DNA from: Felis catus
Lineage: Eukaryota
NCBI RefSeq assembly: GCF_018350175.1
Contig: NC_058368.1
Coordinates: forward strand, 70,806,001-70,870,000
DNA length: 64,000 bases
Reading direction: 5' to 3'
A program made the position numbers and the translations under genes. Of this stretch, positions 1 to 11,199 are shown piece by piece. Below the pieces are notes generated by a model, which was not told where the DNA came from, ran no database searches, and saw only the letters and a program-made list of their open reading frames with translations. The stretch's first letter is position 1. Each line of letters opens with the position of its first letter.

Positions 1-203
1 AGAGTGTGTGTGCACTCACACAAGGGCAGGGGGAGGGGCAGAGGGGAGAGAGAGAATTTTAAGCAGGCTCCATGCTCAGTGCAGTGCCTGATGTGGGGCC
101 CGACATGGGGCTGTGTTAGGGCTCAATCCCATAACCCTGGGATCATGACCTGAGCCAAAATCAAGAGTCAGACACTCAACCGACTGAGCCACCCAGGTGC
201 CCC
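1..203 (-). mobile_element. Can-SINE (SINEC_Fc-type), truncated by the window edge
   Basis: Ends in ...gactgagccacccaggtgcccc, the reverse complement of the tRNA-derived head; GA-rich tail. Confidence 0.9.
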
Positions 204-1426
204 TTGCCTGAAATCGCATGGCTAGCTTTATTGTTTCATGAGGCAGAAAATCAGAGTGGGAAAGGATGAGTTTGGATGCCATCAACTGCCTTCCTCACCC
301 GGCTGGTCCTAACACGCCCCTAGAGAAGCATGTTGTGTGCAGGACAGTCTGGGCCTGCGTATCAGCTTTTCGTGTGCAACTTAACCAGCATGGAGAAGCT
401 GTCACTAGACCAAGGGGTCAGGCAGATGTTGCTAAGTGAGATACTAACTTATGTTTAGAAAATGTTCTCATGCAGCGATCCTTTATTATGCTGTTATGGA
501 TAAGATTAGATACTGACAATATGTGTAGGTTTAGAATTTGGCAGATGGCATTTTACTTCTTATAAATCAAAAGGAATACAGATCTAATTTAACTTAATCT
601 CTCTTTGTGTTTCCAAATGTAGTCTGTTAAAATTTAGATATCTGAGGACGGAAATTATGAGAATTTACGAACAAGGCAATCCCACAACTGGTTTGGAGAA
701 CATGCTGAGTGTTAGCTGCTGTTGCTGGGAATGAAGAAATGGACTTTGCATTCAGGGATTTGTGCTTTTCATTGCAACAAGTTCAAGATTTGCTTTGTCC
801 TTTTGTTTTAAATCCTAGAACGACAAATAAAAATAAGAAGAGTGACTAGAGAATCTCAGCCACATGAACAATTATAAACAAAGGGTCCAATTTGTTAGAT
901 GGACCATTTTGCCATCCTGGATCAAGGCCATTGTGGGCAGGGGCGCAAAGGTTTAGCAAATGGCGATTAAGGAACAGCTCAGAGCAATTAGATCATATAA
1001 AGTCCCAAATGCCTACTTTATCAGGATGAATCCAAGTTTGGCTCCTATTGCTAAAAGAAAAAATAAAAAGCAATGCACATGTTACTTACAAGCAAACCTG
1101 AGGGCATGCCATCTATTATCAGCAATAAACAGATTTGATTCTTTTGTAAATGAGATTGTCAGGGCCCAGGGGATTTGTCAGCACCCAGATAATCCTCAAA
1201 TCATCTGCCTGGCCTACCATGGTAATAGGAAATTGTCCGTAATAAGGCTGGTTAACAATCTTCTTGTCTGGTGCATTAAAGATTATTCCACAAAACCCAG
1301 AGGGTCTTAGCCAACCAGCCTTCATTGTATGATTCAACGTTACAAGTCCACAGAGGCTGTGAAGACTGTCACCTGTACAAGTCACTAGGCCCTCACTCTG
1401 CACAGCACAGGCTGGGACTCAGGGCG

Positions 1427-1662
1427 TTTTTTTGTTTGCTTTTTTGTTTTTTTGGTAATGTTTTATTATTTATTTTTGAGAGAGAGAGAGGGGCAGAGTG
1501 CAAGTGGGGGAGGGGCAGAGAGAGAGGAAGACAGAATCCAAAGCAGTTCCAGGCTCTGAGCTGTCAGCACAGAGCCTGATGTGGGGCTTGAACTCACAAG
1601 CTGTGAGATCATGACCTGAGCCGAAGTCAGATGCTTAACCTACTGAGCCACTCAGGCGCCCC
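1427..1662 (-). mobile_element. Can-SINE with TSD
   Basis: SINEC body flanked by GGACTCAGGG(C/A)GTTTTT on both sides. Confidence 0.9.
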
Positions 1663-2024
1663 TAGGACTCAGGGAGTTTTTAATGCACTATGGGATATGA
1701 ACAGAGAACTCGGTGGCCACGGGCATGCCAAAGTGTACACAGTCTCCCACACTCCACATACGAAGATGGCACAGGTGCCAGGCAGATGTAGGGACCCACA
1801 GCTTCATGAAGATCACACCCTGGTTTCCTGTTTCTTCTTTTTGCCTTATTGTTCATATGATTCAAATTTAGTGTTTTGAGTAAGTATTACATACCTGTGT
1901 TTCAAAAAAGATGTCTCTGGTCTTTCGAGCTATACAGTGTCACTTTGGACTTACAATTGACTTTAAAGGCACTCTTTGAAAGCCAGTTTCTATGTACAGG
2001 TGCTCTTGGGAAGGTTTCTTTTAG

Positions 2025-2491
2025 TAGTGATAGCAGTTTCTTGTTGCTGCTGTGATAAGTTACCATAACCTTGGTGGCTTAAAACAACACAGCTTTATTA
2101 TCTTGCAGTTCTGGAGGTCAGAGGTCTGACATAGCTCTTGTGGGGATTAAATCAAGGTGTATGCAAGACTGCATTTCCTCTGGAGGCTGGAGGGGAGAAG
2201 TGGTTTCCTCACCTTGTCCACCTTCTAGAGAGGTCCGTATTCCTTGGCTTGGGGGCACTTCTCACTCTAGCCTTGATTCCAGGTCATACTTTGTTCTTAC
2301 TCTGACCTCCTTACCTCTCTCTCCTAACGACTGGTGATTCCATTGGGCCCACCCAGATAATCCAGGATAATCTCCCCACCTCAAGTTCCTTACTGTAATC
2401 ACACCTGCAAAGTAACATATTCAAAGGTTCTGAGGATTAGCTTGTGGACGTCTTGGTGGGCGGGGGGGGGGGGCATTCTTCTGCCCACCAC
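2025..2491 (-). mobile_element. MaLR solo LTR (MLT1C/D-like)
   Basis: Typical motifs ggtggcttaaaacaacac...ttctggaggtcag and gggcccacccagataatccaggataatctcc, ending in ctgcccaccaca. Confidence 0.8.
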
Positions 2492-2499
2492 AGACAATT

Positions 2500-2615
2500 A
2501 AGAGCCTGGCTGGCTCAGTTGGTGCAGTGTGCAACTCTTGATCTTGGGGTTGTGAGTTTGAGCCCCACATTGGTTGTAGAGAGATTATTTAAAGATAAAA
2601 TATTAAAAAAAATAA
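2500..2615 (+). mobile_element. Short Can-SINE (tRNA head plus A tail)
   Basis: cctggctggctcagttgg...actcttgatcttggggttgtgagtttgagcccc followed by an A-rich tail. Confidence 0.85.
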
Positions 2616-3930
2616 ACAGCAACGGGGGGGGGAGATAATTAACATACAAGGTGAATTAAAGTAACAAGGAATTATGTAAGGAATAATTTTGTCAGAGGAT
2701 GCCTCAGATTCAACACTTTGCGTTTAGCAAATGAGTTTTAAACATTTGGTGTGTGCCAGGACACATTAGAGAACAAAACAGGCAAAAATCCCTGTCCTTA
2801 TGGGGTTTGCATTCAATAAAGACATCATAAATAAGCTCATCATGTAGTAATTTGGAAAATGGATAAGGGCTGTAGAAGAAAGGAAGAGTGAATCAGTGGA
2901 AGGGACTGGAGAGCCGCCAGTGGGCGTGGGGGAAACCTCCACCTGCGGACACTAGGAGGAGCTGCTGCACAGTTTTGGCGGCTGAGATTGGTGAAGGATT
3001 TTAATTATATAATCAGTGTTTGGCAGCCAGAAGGAATTTTAGAGGACAGCTAGCTTAACTTTCTCAGTTCATAAAGAGGAAGATAAGGCTCAGAAGGTCC
3101 ACAATCTGGTCGTTAGTTATTCTGCATTTGGCCTAAATTTGAGAGTCTCCTCCTCTCTCCCCAAGAAAGCCAGACATAGTTATCATGTTATCAAAGGCAG
3201 TGGCTGTCAGGAGGTGAGGCTGGGAGGGTTTTGTATCAGAGCAGCAGGAGGGATGGATGATCTCAGAGTGTAGTTCTATCTATGCCACTGTTGAAAAATC
3301 ATTCCACAGAACTTCTAATATGCCTCTTTCTAAGTGCAGCATTCTGAAGTCTTAAATCTGTGACACTGCCCTTCAGCCTTTGAGACTCAGTGTTGGTGAA
3401 AATAACCTATATCGGCCAGACACCAAAAGGAAGGGAAAAATGGATTATGACACAGAGACTTTGCTGTTTATAACAAAAGAATAATGTAGCTTCATTTTCC
3501 TAATCTTTACTGGTTCAAATGGTTATTTAAGTTATTTAAGCTTTAAATAGTTACAGTAAATCATGGGTTGATTAGTTATTTTCACCCCAGTATCTCCTGG
3601 GGTGTGACAATTTGCCAGAGGTGTAGTTGAGCCAATACAAAAGCCCAATATTTCTAAGATTAACAGGGAGATATATTTGAGTTTCATGATAATTACAAGA
3701 CCAAGTGGTAACAATGCAATGCACTTCTATTTAGGACACCTGTATTTTTTAGGGTAACATTAGTTAAGACTTGAGCACTGAGGTAGATTACAGTCTGGCC
3801 CCAGGCAGCACCTTTCCCTAAAAGGCAGTACATTTTTAGATTCACTAGCAGTCCCAGCTGCCTATCCCCTTTCTGCAAAGTCCCCTGGTTGCCCTGCCCC
3901 CCTCAAGCAGAGGGGATTCCAGGAGTCTTT

Positions 3931-4194
3931 CTTTTCTTTTATTTATTTTTAATTTTTTTTTTTTTATTTGAGAGAGAGAGAGTGCACACAAGCAGGGAAG
4001 AAGGGCGGGGTGGGGGTGGGAAGAGTGAGAGAGAGATAGATAGAGAGAGAGAAACAAAGAAGGGCAATCCCAAACAGACTCAAACACTCAGTGAAAAGTC
4101 CCAAGTTGCAGCTCGATTCCACAACCCTGGGATCATGACCTGAGTCGAAATCAAAAGTCGAGCGCTCAACTGACTGAAACTCCCCAGGCGCCCC
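3931..4194 (-). mobile_element. Can-SINE
   Basis: SINEC body; TSD CCAGGA(G/T)TCTTTCT. Confidence 0.88.
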
Positions 4195-4326
4195 CCAGGA
4201 TTCTTTCTGCTTCTGTATTCCTTTCCCCATATCACCAGCAGATCTCAGGACCCACCCATTTTTCCCAATTATCTGTCTGCCTCTTTTACTAGAGTGAATA
4301 GCTTCTTTTTAAAATCTTTTTTTCTT

Positions 4327-4550
4327 GGGGCGCATGGGTGGCGCAGTCGGTTAAGCGTCCGACTTCAGCCAGGTCACGATCTCGCGGTCGGTGAGTTCGA
4401 GCCCCGCGTCAAGCTCTGGGCTGATGGCTCAGAGCCTGGAGCCTGTTTCGGATTCTGTGTCTCCCTCTCTCTCTGCCCCTCCCCCGTTCATGCTCTGTCT
4501 CTCTCTGTTCCAAAAATAAATAAAAGTTGAAAAAAAAATTAAAAAAAAAT
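4327..4550 (+). mobile_element. Young SINEC_Fc
   Basis: CpG-rich near-consensus body; TSD AAAATCTTTTTT(T)CTT. Confidence 0.92.
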
Positions 4551-4559
4551 AAAATCTTT

Positions 4560-4900
4560 TTTCTTATTGTGGTAAAATATACATAACAAAAATTTTATTA
4601 TTTTAAGTATGTTAAGTGTACAGTTCAGTAATGGTAAGTATATTCACATTGTTGTGCAATCATCACCACCATCCATCTCCAGAACTTTTTTCATCTTATA
4701 GAATGGAAATTCTGTACCCATTAAACAGTAATCCTCATCCCCACTTCCTCCCAGCTCCTGGCAACTCTCATTCTCTGTCTCTGAATCTGATTACTCTAGG
4801 AAACTCACAGAAGTGGAATCATACAGTATTTTTGTGTTTGTGTGCCTGCCTTACTTCTTTTAACATGATGTCCTCAGCTTCATCCCTGCTGTAACATGCT
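4560..4900 (-). mobile_element. Old L1 (L1MB-like) 3' end
   Basis: ttattgtggtaaaatatacataac...cacattgttgtgcaatcatcaccac, a typical L1M 3'UTR motif. Confidence 0.8.
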
Positions 4901-5267
4901 TCTACATTTTATAAAGATAGCTTCTTGAAGTCAGGAATCATTCAATAAATGTTTAAATTTGTTTGAGTTGAAAAACTGGGTGGATATAAAGGTAAAGTAA
5001 TGAGATCTGTAAATAGTCCCAAACAGGAGGAAATAAACACTGACAGCCCCATATCAACAGGGTGACAGCCCACAGATCAACAGGCATGCATATGGCCAGA
5101 GTGCCTGGTACCCCACACTGACCTGCTGCTTCAGTTCCACCCTCCAGATGTCTCTTGTGAACAATCTCAACCTGGAACTACATAGGCAAGGAAATTCAGG
5201 GAGAAGTGGTTCCAGCTGAGCTGTGTCAAAGTGTGAAGGCCACTAAAATGCCATGAGAGTGTATCCC

Positions 5268-5458
5268 AGGGGCACTTGGGTGGCTTTGGCTCAGGTCATG
5301 ATTTCATGTCCACGGGTTTGAGCCCCACATCAGGCTCTGTGCTGACCGCTCAGAGCCTGGAACCTGCTTTGGGTTGTGTGCCTCCCTGTCTCTCTGCCCC
5401 TCCCCTGCTCATGCTCTGTTTCTATCTCTCAAGAATAAATAAACATTAAAAAAAAAAA
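5268..5458 (+). mobile_element. Can-SINE
   Basis: SINEC body, CT tract, A tail. Confidence 0.88.
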
Positions 5459-5785
5459 GAGCATGTCCCAGACGGGAGAGTTTCCATGTTGACCAGATAC
5501 AGATAAGAACCAATCCTTCTCTTTGCAATTGTACATATCTGGTGACTTAAAATTTATCCACAATTGTCTCTGGCTTCATACATTGCAAATTTTCTCTTCT
5601 ACTACCCACATACTTCTGGTGCCAGGTGCCTTAGGGGCCTATTCTTACTGGGATATGACCTCTGACCTTGCATGTCTACATGTGTGAGGCAGCACATTGG
5701 ACAGTAATATTCCTAGAAAGCATTCCTAAACCAGGACAGCTAGTAATAACTAAACACAGAAGTGCTTGCAAATCACATAAATACA

Positions 5786-5897
5786 GGGGCATTTGGCTGG
5801 CTCAGTCGGTAAAGCATGCGACTCTTGATCTCTGAGTTGTTAAGTTTGAGCCCTATGTTGAGTGTAGAGATTACTTAAAAATAAAATATTAAAAAAA
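5786..5897 (+). mobile_element. Short Can-SINE
   Basis: tRNA-like head plus A tail; TSD AAATCACATAAATA. Confidence 0.85.
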
Positions 5898-5984
5898 ATC
5901 ACATAAATATAGTCTACTAAATCTAAACCAAATATATCCTGGCCCAACTTACCCTTAGCTGGACCTTCAAAATGCTGCACCCAC

Positions 5985-6110
5985 AGGGGTGCTTAGCTGC
6001 CTCAGTCAGTAGAACATGTGACTCTTGATCTCGGGGTTATGAGTTCAAGCCCCATGTTGGATGCAGAGATTACTTAAATAAATACATAAATAAGTAAATA
6101 AATAAATATG
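5985..6110 (+). mobile_element. Short Can-SINE
   Basis: tRNA-like head plus (TAAA)n tail. Confidence 0.8.
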
Positions 6111-6219
6111 AAAATGCAGCCATTTCAACACCACTGAACACAAAAGAAGCTTGAGAGAGGGAAAGTTGGAGTACAAAGAGAAAGCACCTTGACTAATGGT
6201 AGTTAAAATTTCATTTTTA

Positions 6220-6430
6220 GGGGCACCTGGGTGGCTCAGTCGGTTGAGCGTCCGACTTCAGCTCAGGTCACGATCTCGCGGTCCGTGAGTTCGGGCCCTG
6301 CGTCGGGCTCTGGGCTGATGGCTCAAAGCCTGGAGCCTGCTTCCGATTCTGTGTCTCCCTCTCTCTCTGCCCCTGCCCCGTTCATGCTCTGTCTCTCTCT
6401 GTCTTAAAAATAAATAAAACGTTAAAAAAA
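6220..6430 (+). mobile_element. Young SINEC_Fc
   Basis: Near-consensus body; TSD AAAATTT(T)CATTTTTA. Confidence 0.92.
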
Positions 6431-7379
6431 ATTTTCATTTTTATACACTTTACGAACACAAATGACCTAGAAAGGGCCCATTTAAGTCAGGAACCCTGAG
6501 GCTTAACCTCCACTGGCTTCAGGTAAAGTTGCCTTTGGCTCCTTCCATGCTAAGCATTAGTTCAATTGATTTTTGTTTTAATTTTTTGTTAAGAATATTT
6601 TCCAACATACACAAAGTTGAGGAATGTGTAACAAATCCCATTCCCACCTCGTGTACCCATCACTTGGCTTCAATAATTATCAGTATTGGTTCATTATTTT
6701 AGTGTCCCCCATTGCCACCCCCAAGCTTATTACGCTCTAGAGGTAATGTTTCTGGCCCCTATCCTTCTTTCTCAGATCTCTGCAAGGTTCTTACCCTACC
6801 AGATTGCTTAATTAAACAGGATAATATGTCTTTCCTAAATTTCCTATTTTTAAATGTCCTTGGGGATAAACATGTACTTTTATTTTTGTTTTAGAGGCTG
6901 TGAATAAAAACAGATTTGACTACCTCAAAGGAGGAACGCTGGATCCTTTTCTCTATTATATCCAGAAATATAGGAAATTAATAAAACCTTATTTTAAAAT
7001 ACACAAAAATTAGAAAACAGCTCTTGAAACCTATGAGTTAGTAATCTCATGAAGAAGCTCAACAAAACCACAGAAGTCCTGGTGAGAATGGGCATAGCTA
7101 CAATTTCTTCAAGCAGAATCTGAAAGAAATTGAATCACCTCTTGTGGGAGGTCCTACTTTACTTAAAAGGCCACAAGGCCTGGGGCATTTTAATAAGGAG
7201 AACTACTCATATAGCAGTTCTTGGAATTATAATGAAGCTGGTGGAACATTTTCACATTATATTTATTAAATACCTACTGGTTACAAGTCACTAACCCAGG
7301 TGCTGGGGGCACACAGCACTGACAAGATAACCAGGTCCCTGATCTCAAAGAGCTCACAGTCTATTCCTAAAGATGTTGT

Positions 7380-7624
7380 TTTTTTTGTTTTGTTTTGTTT
7401 TGTTTTTTTAAATTTTTTTTTCAACGTTTATTTATTTTTGGGACAGAGAGAGACAGAGCATGAACGGGGGAGGGGCAGAGAGAGAGGGAGACACAGAATC
7501 AGAAACAGGCTCCAGGCTCCGAGCCATCAGCCCAGAGCCTGACGCCGGGCTCAAACTCATGGACCGCGAGATCGTGACCTGGCTGAAGTCGGATGCTTAA
7601 CCGACTGCGCCACCCAGGCGCCCC
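7380..7624 (-). mobile_element. Young SINEC_Fc
   Basis: Near-consensus antisense copy; TSD AAGATG(T/A)TGTTTTT. Confidence 0.92.
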
Positions 7625-7807
7625 AAGATGATGTTTTTTAAACTAGAGCACTAGTGGCTTTTCTAAGAGGGGACTTCCCACATGACCCTAGCACTGTCCC
7701 CTAAATGACAATAATACAAGCCCCCCTCCCTTTGATCAGTGGGCAGAAGTTCCCTCCCACCTTGAGAACCACTGAGGGAAAGGCAACAATAAGAAAGTAA
7801 ATTCATG

Positions 7808-8012
7808 GAGAGCCTGGGGGGCTTAGTTAAGCATCTGATTCTTGGTTTGGGCTCAGGTCATGGTCTCACAGTTTGTGGGACTGAGCCCAGAATAGGGCTC
7901 TGCGCTGACAGCATGGAGCCTGCTTGGGATTCTCTCCCTCTCTCTCTCTGCCCCTTCCCCACTTGCACTCTCTCTCTCTCTCTCTCTCAAAATAGATAAA
8001 CTTTAAAAAAAT
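7808..8012 (+). mobile_element. Can-SINE
   Basis: SINEC body, (CT)n, A tail. Confidence 0.88.
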
Positions 8013-8019
8013 ATATTAA

Positions 8020-8620
8020 GAAAAAGAAAGAGAATTCACAAACCCATAAAAATTGTGATATGGGCTGCGATGGAAACCGTCAGGTTGCTGTGCCAGTGGA
8101 ATAGATTGGGAGGACACTCTAGTTTGGGCAGTCAGTGCAGGCCTCTTTGAGCAGGGGGCAAGTAGTCTAAATGTCCCAGAGGACAAGAAGGTGTAGCTGT
8201 GAGTGTTCTGGAAGGTAAGGAGCAACATGCATGGTAGGTAAGGGCCCTAAAGTGGGAAATGGCTTAGTGAACTTAAAAAAAGTGGAAAGAAGAACATGGG
8301 GCTGAAGTAAGGTGGAGAGATAGGCAGAGGTCAGATCCTGTAAGGCCTTCAGAGTTGTGGTGATGAATTTGGGTTTTATTCTAAATGCTTCCTAATGGAA
8401 GCCACCAAAGGGTTTTAAGAAGAGAATTGATGTAATAATGGTAATAAGGAGAAGTAATTAATGCCACTGAGCACCTGCTCTGGGCCAGCAAGGCTTTAAG
8501 CTCTTTATATATATTAACTCAATTTATCCTTATAACAGCCCTATGAGGTGAGTATATTTATATTCCCATCTTATAGAGGAGGAAACTGAAGCACGGAGAA
8601 CTTAACTTGCCTAAAGTCTA
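8020..8620. mobile_element. L2 fragment followed by MIR
   Basis: L2-like ggttttattctaaatg...gccaccaaagggttttaag; MIR core cccatcttatagaggaggaaactgaagcacggag. Confidence 0.65.
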
Positions 8621-9149
8621 GTACAGTCTGGGAACCACTTGCTGAACCAAGTAAAGTGCTGAACTAGTAAAGTTTAGCACAGCTAGTAAAGCCTGTGTTA
8701 ATACCTTAGTCCCCCAACTGTGAAGCGGCAGGAGTTGTATTTGCTGAAAGTAGTGCAATCTGGCAGGAAGGACTTAGAGTGAAGAGTTGTGTTTGCTGCC
8801 CTACTTCAGAAGCATTTCTCTGACCTAGAAAGTTGCCCATATCTATTCTGATCCTATTGCAGGCATATGTATCCCATGATGGATTAACTGTTAATTAAGG
8901 CATGCACATGGTGAGGCTCACATATTAGGCAGTACTTCTAACAACAAAAACAATGAATCCCTCGGAAAATTGGCCTGTTCTGGCTGGGAAAACGCAAAAG
9001 TCGCCTTAAAAACCCAGAAGCACGAAGAGAAGTAACTGGATGGAGTCACCAGAAAACCTCTGAAGAAGTGGCCATCCATTCCGTGCCTCTGCTCTGCCCG
9101 CCATGATAGCGGACAAGAAGGTTCTGAGCTCTCAGACATCCCTGGTTAG

Positions 9150-9830
9150 GGGAGGGAACAGGTGCTCCAGGCAGCGGGGCGTGACTTGCAGGGACGAGGT
9201 GGGGCTGGGCTGGGCTTGTGGGGCGGGGCCACGTGGGGGGCGTGCCCACGGGCGTGGCGAGACGAGGAAGGACCTGTCTGAGGCGGGGCGCGCGCGTCAG
9301 GAAGATGGCGCTGCGTCTGCTGTGGAGAGCGCCACGCGGAACGGCGGCGGCGGCGCTGCCGAGGCTGTGAGTGCAGGTCCCTGGTCCCCCGCCACCCGGG
9401 CCGGCCTCCCCAGTTCCTGCCGGGAACCCCCGCCGGCCGGGAGCACCGTGCCCCTGTCGCGCGCCGGCTCGACCTCTGCCAAGGTCGCCGACGCCCAGCG
9501 AGGGTCGCCCGTCCTCCGCGTGCCTCCCTGTGGGAGGGTCATTGCTTGGGGGCCGGGAAAATGGGTACAAACATTCGATTAGCAGCCCCAGAACACAAAA
9601 CCAGCCCCCCGCCCCCCCCCCCCCCACAAGTGGAAACCGCGAACGTGTGCTGTTTGATGAAAGGGGTCTTGGAATCAGCGTCCGCGAGGCGGCTCGCCTG
9701 CTGAGGGAGAACACCCTTCGCTCGTTGGTTCAGTACAGCGGTTCCCAAACTGGTCTCAGGACCCCTGTATGCGCCGAAAAACTATTGACCCCGACGAGCT
9801 CTTGCTTGTATCTAGTAATTTTTGCGGCGT
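9150..9830. promoter_or_regulatory. CpG island / TATA-less CLYBL promoter
   Basis: Abrupt GC- and CpG-rich segment. GC box GGGGCGGGGC 9220-9229, E-box CACGTG 9230-9235, KLF-like GGGCGTG, half-CRE CGTCA, ETS CAGGAAG and a YY1-like AAGATGGCG overlapping the ATG. Confidence 0.9.
9305..9366 (+). CDS. CLYBL: CLYBL coding exon 1 (citramalyl-CoA lyase / citrate lyase beta-like), N-terminal mitochondrial presequence
   Basis: AAGATGGCG start context. Translates to MALRLLWRAPRGTAAAALPR(L), matching the recalled human CLYBL N-terminus MALRLLRRAARGAAAAALLRL. 62 coding nt followed by a canonical GTGAGT donor at 9367-9372, inside a CpG island. Confidence 0.92.
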
Positions 9831-11099
9831 GAGGAGTTAAAACAAGTTTAAAAAAATCTTCATTTACGAATAACACACCCGTTGCATTTTAACACACCCA
9901 TATGTAGTGAAAGAGTGGTGTGGTTTTAGATTTTCGAAAGTCTCTTTGGTTTAATAGAGATCAGCTGGAGTCTCCTCTCCGCTGATTTGGAGAAGGTTTA
10001 CAAAGCAGTTCCGGGCTCACGGAGGTGCTAGTTGGAAAAGGGAAGACCTCTCAGACCGTGTCGAAGCGGGTCGGGAACTCTCAGGTGTGCTGGGACCGCC
10101 CTTGGATAGCCGCTGGGCTAGCAGTTGCCTACTACGTGCGCACACGTTACCTTATCTGGCTCCCTGACCACCATGTGAAGAAGTCAGAACGAGGAAACTG
10201 AGGCTTGGAGAGGCTAAGTGACGCCAAGCAGAGAATGGCAGAGTTTGGTTTAGAAACCAAGCCTGTGGCTCTTGGTCTGGAACTTCTTCCATTTGCTTGC
10301 TCCCCGCTTCCGGACTCTCCAGTGTGTCCCGCGCCAGGCCCTACCCCGTCTGGTACATCCCGCCTTCCCCTTTCCCAGACCTGAGCCTGGTATGTGGCCC
10401 TGGGCTCAGGGGTTCACCCCTGGAACCAGAGATGGCTGCCAAGGCGGTAACACCCAGGCCCTTCCAGAAGGCCCCCTTTTCCTTCAGTAATGTGGTCCAG
10501 TGACCACATGCAGTCACCTATTTCTAAGGCACTTGGGGCTCATCTCAAAGTGCTCTTTGCCATCTTTAGCGCCTGGGCTCATTCTCCACACACACATATC
10601 CTACGAAGGCCGTGGCAGCAGGCTTTCGTGCTGGGTGCTTCAGGGAGCCTGCTTCCTGGGTTAAATCCTCTGTTTCCGCATCTTCAGAACACACAGAATT
10701 GGGAGAAGTAAAGGTGCTAAACGTCAGCTTAGAAAGGTCTGCCTAGAGATGCCTTAATTTCTAGTTAGGTTGCATTTAAGCTTCAGGCCGGTAGACCTGC
10801 TTCTGGTGGCTCTTTCCTTCTGTTTTTAGAGTGTCAGGACCATTGCTGCTAGGCGGGGACCATGCGAGTGCTGTCCTTGATGCCTCGTTTTCCACCCTGC
10901 CTCTGGCCCTGCTGCTTTCTGTAGCCACTGCTCAATTTATGTAAATACCTGCCCTCAGTCTCGGGGAGCATAACTCTCCACTCCTAGGGATGCTATTGGT
11001 TCGACTGTCTTTTAAGTCCTCTCTGCCGACAGAGAAAATTAAAAAAAAAAAAAAAAAGTGTGAATAGTAACCCATATATATATACCTTCATCTATAAAT

Positions 11100-11199
11100 A
11101 TATATATTTTTACAATAGGCTCTACACCCAAGGTGGGGCTAGAACTCACCAACCTGAGATCAAGAGTTACGTGCTCTACCGACTGAGCCAGATGCCCCA
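11100..11199 (-). mobile_element. Short Can-SINE
   Basis: ggggctagaactcaccaacctgagatcaagag...gactgagccagatgcccc. Confidence 0.8.

Larger units (their letters stand above)
5620..6538 (-). mobile_element. hAT-Tip100 DNA transposon fossil (Arthur1-like) interrupted by three SINEs
   Basis: The right end gggccc...ccctgaggcttaacctccactggcttcaggtaaagttgcctttg resembles the recalled Arthur1 terminus. Left boundary uncertain. Confidence 0.4.

Noticed and set aside
960..1310. 116-aa ORF in unique upstream sequence
   Set aside because: No recognisable homology, domain or splice structure. The region could be non-coding and conserved, but I cannot show that.
2500..2580. tRNA-like sequences with A and B boxes, here and at many other sites
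   Set aside because: They are heads of tRNA-derived Can-SINEs with A tails and TSDs, not tRNA genes.
6875..7013. Splice-acceptor-like site followed by a short open frame (AVNKNRFDYLKGG...)
   Set aside because: It reaches a stop after about 38 codons, shows no recognisable homology and has no partner exon.
9046..9832. Long ORFs on both strands over the CpG island (222, 159 and 153 aa)
   Set aside because: GC-rich DNA lacks stop codons. The products are low-complexity Pro/Gly/Arg/Ala, and the real frame is the spliced CLYBL exon starting at 9305.
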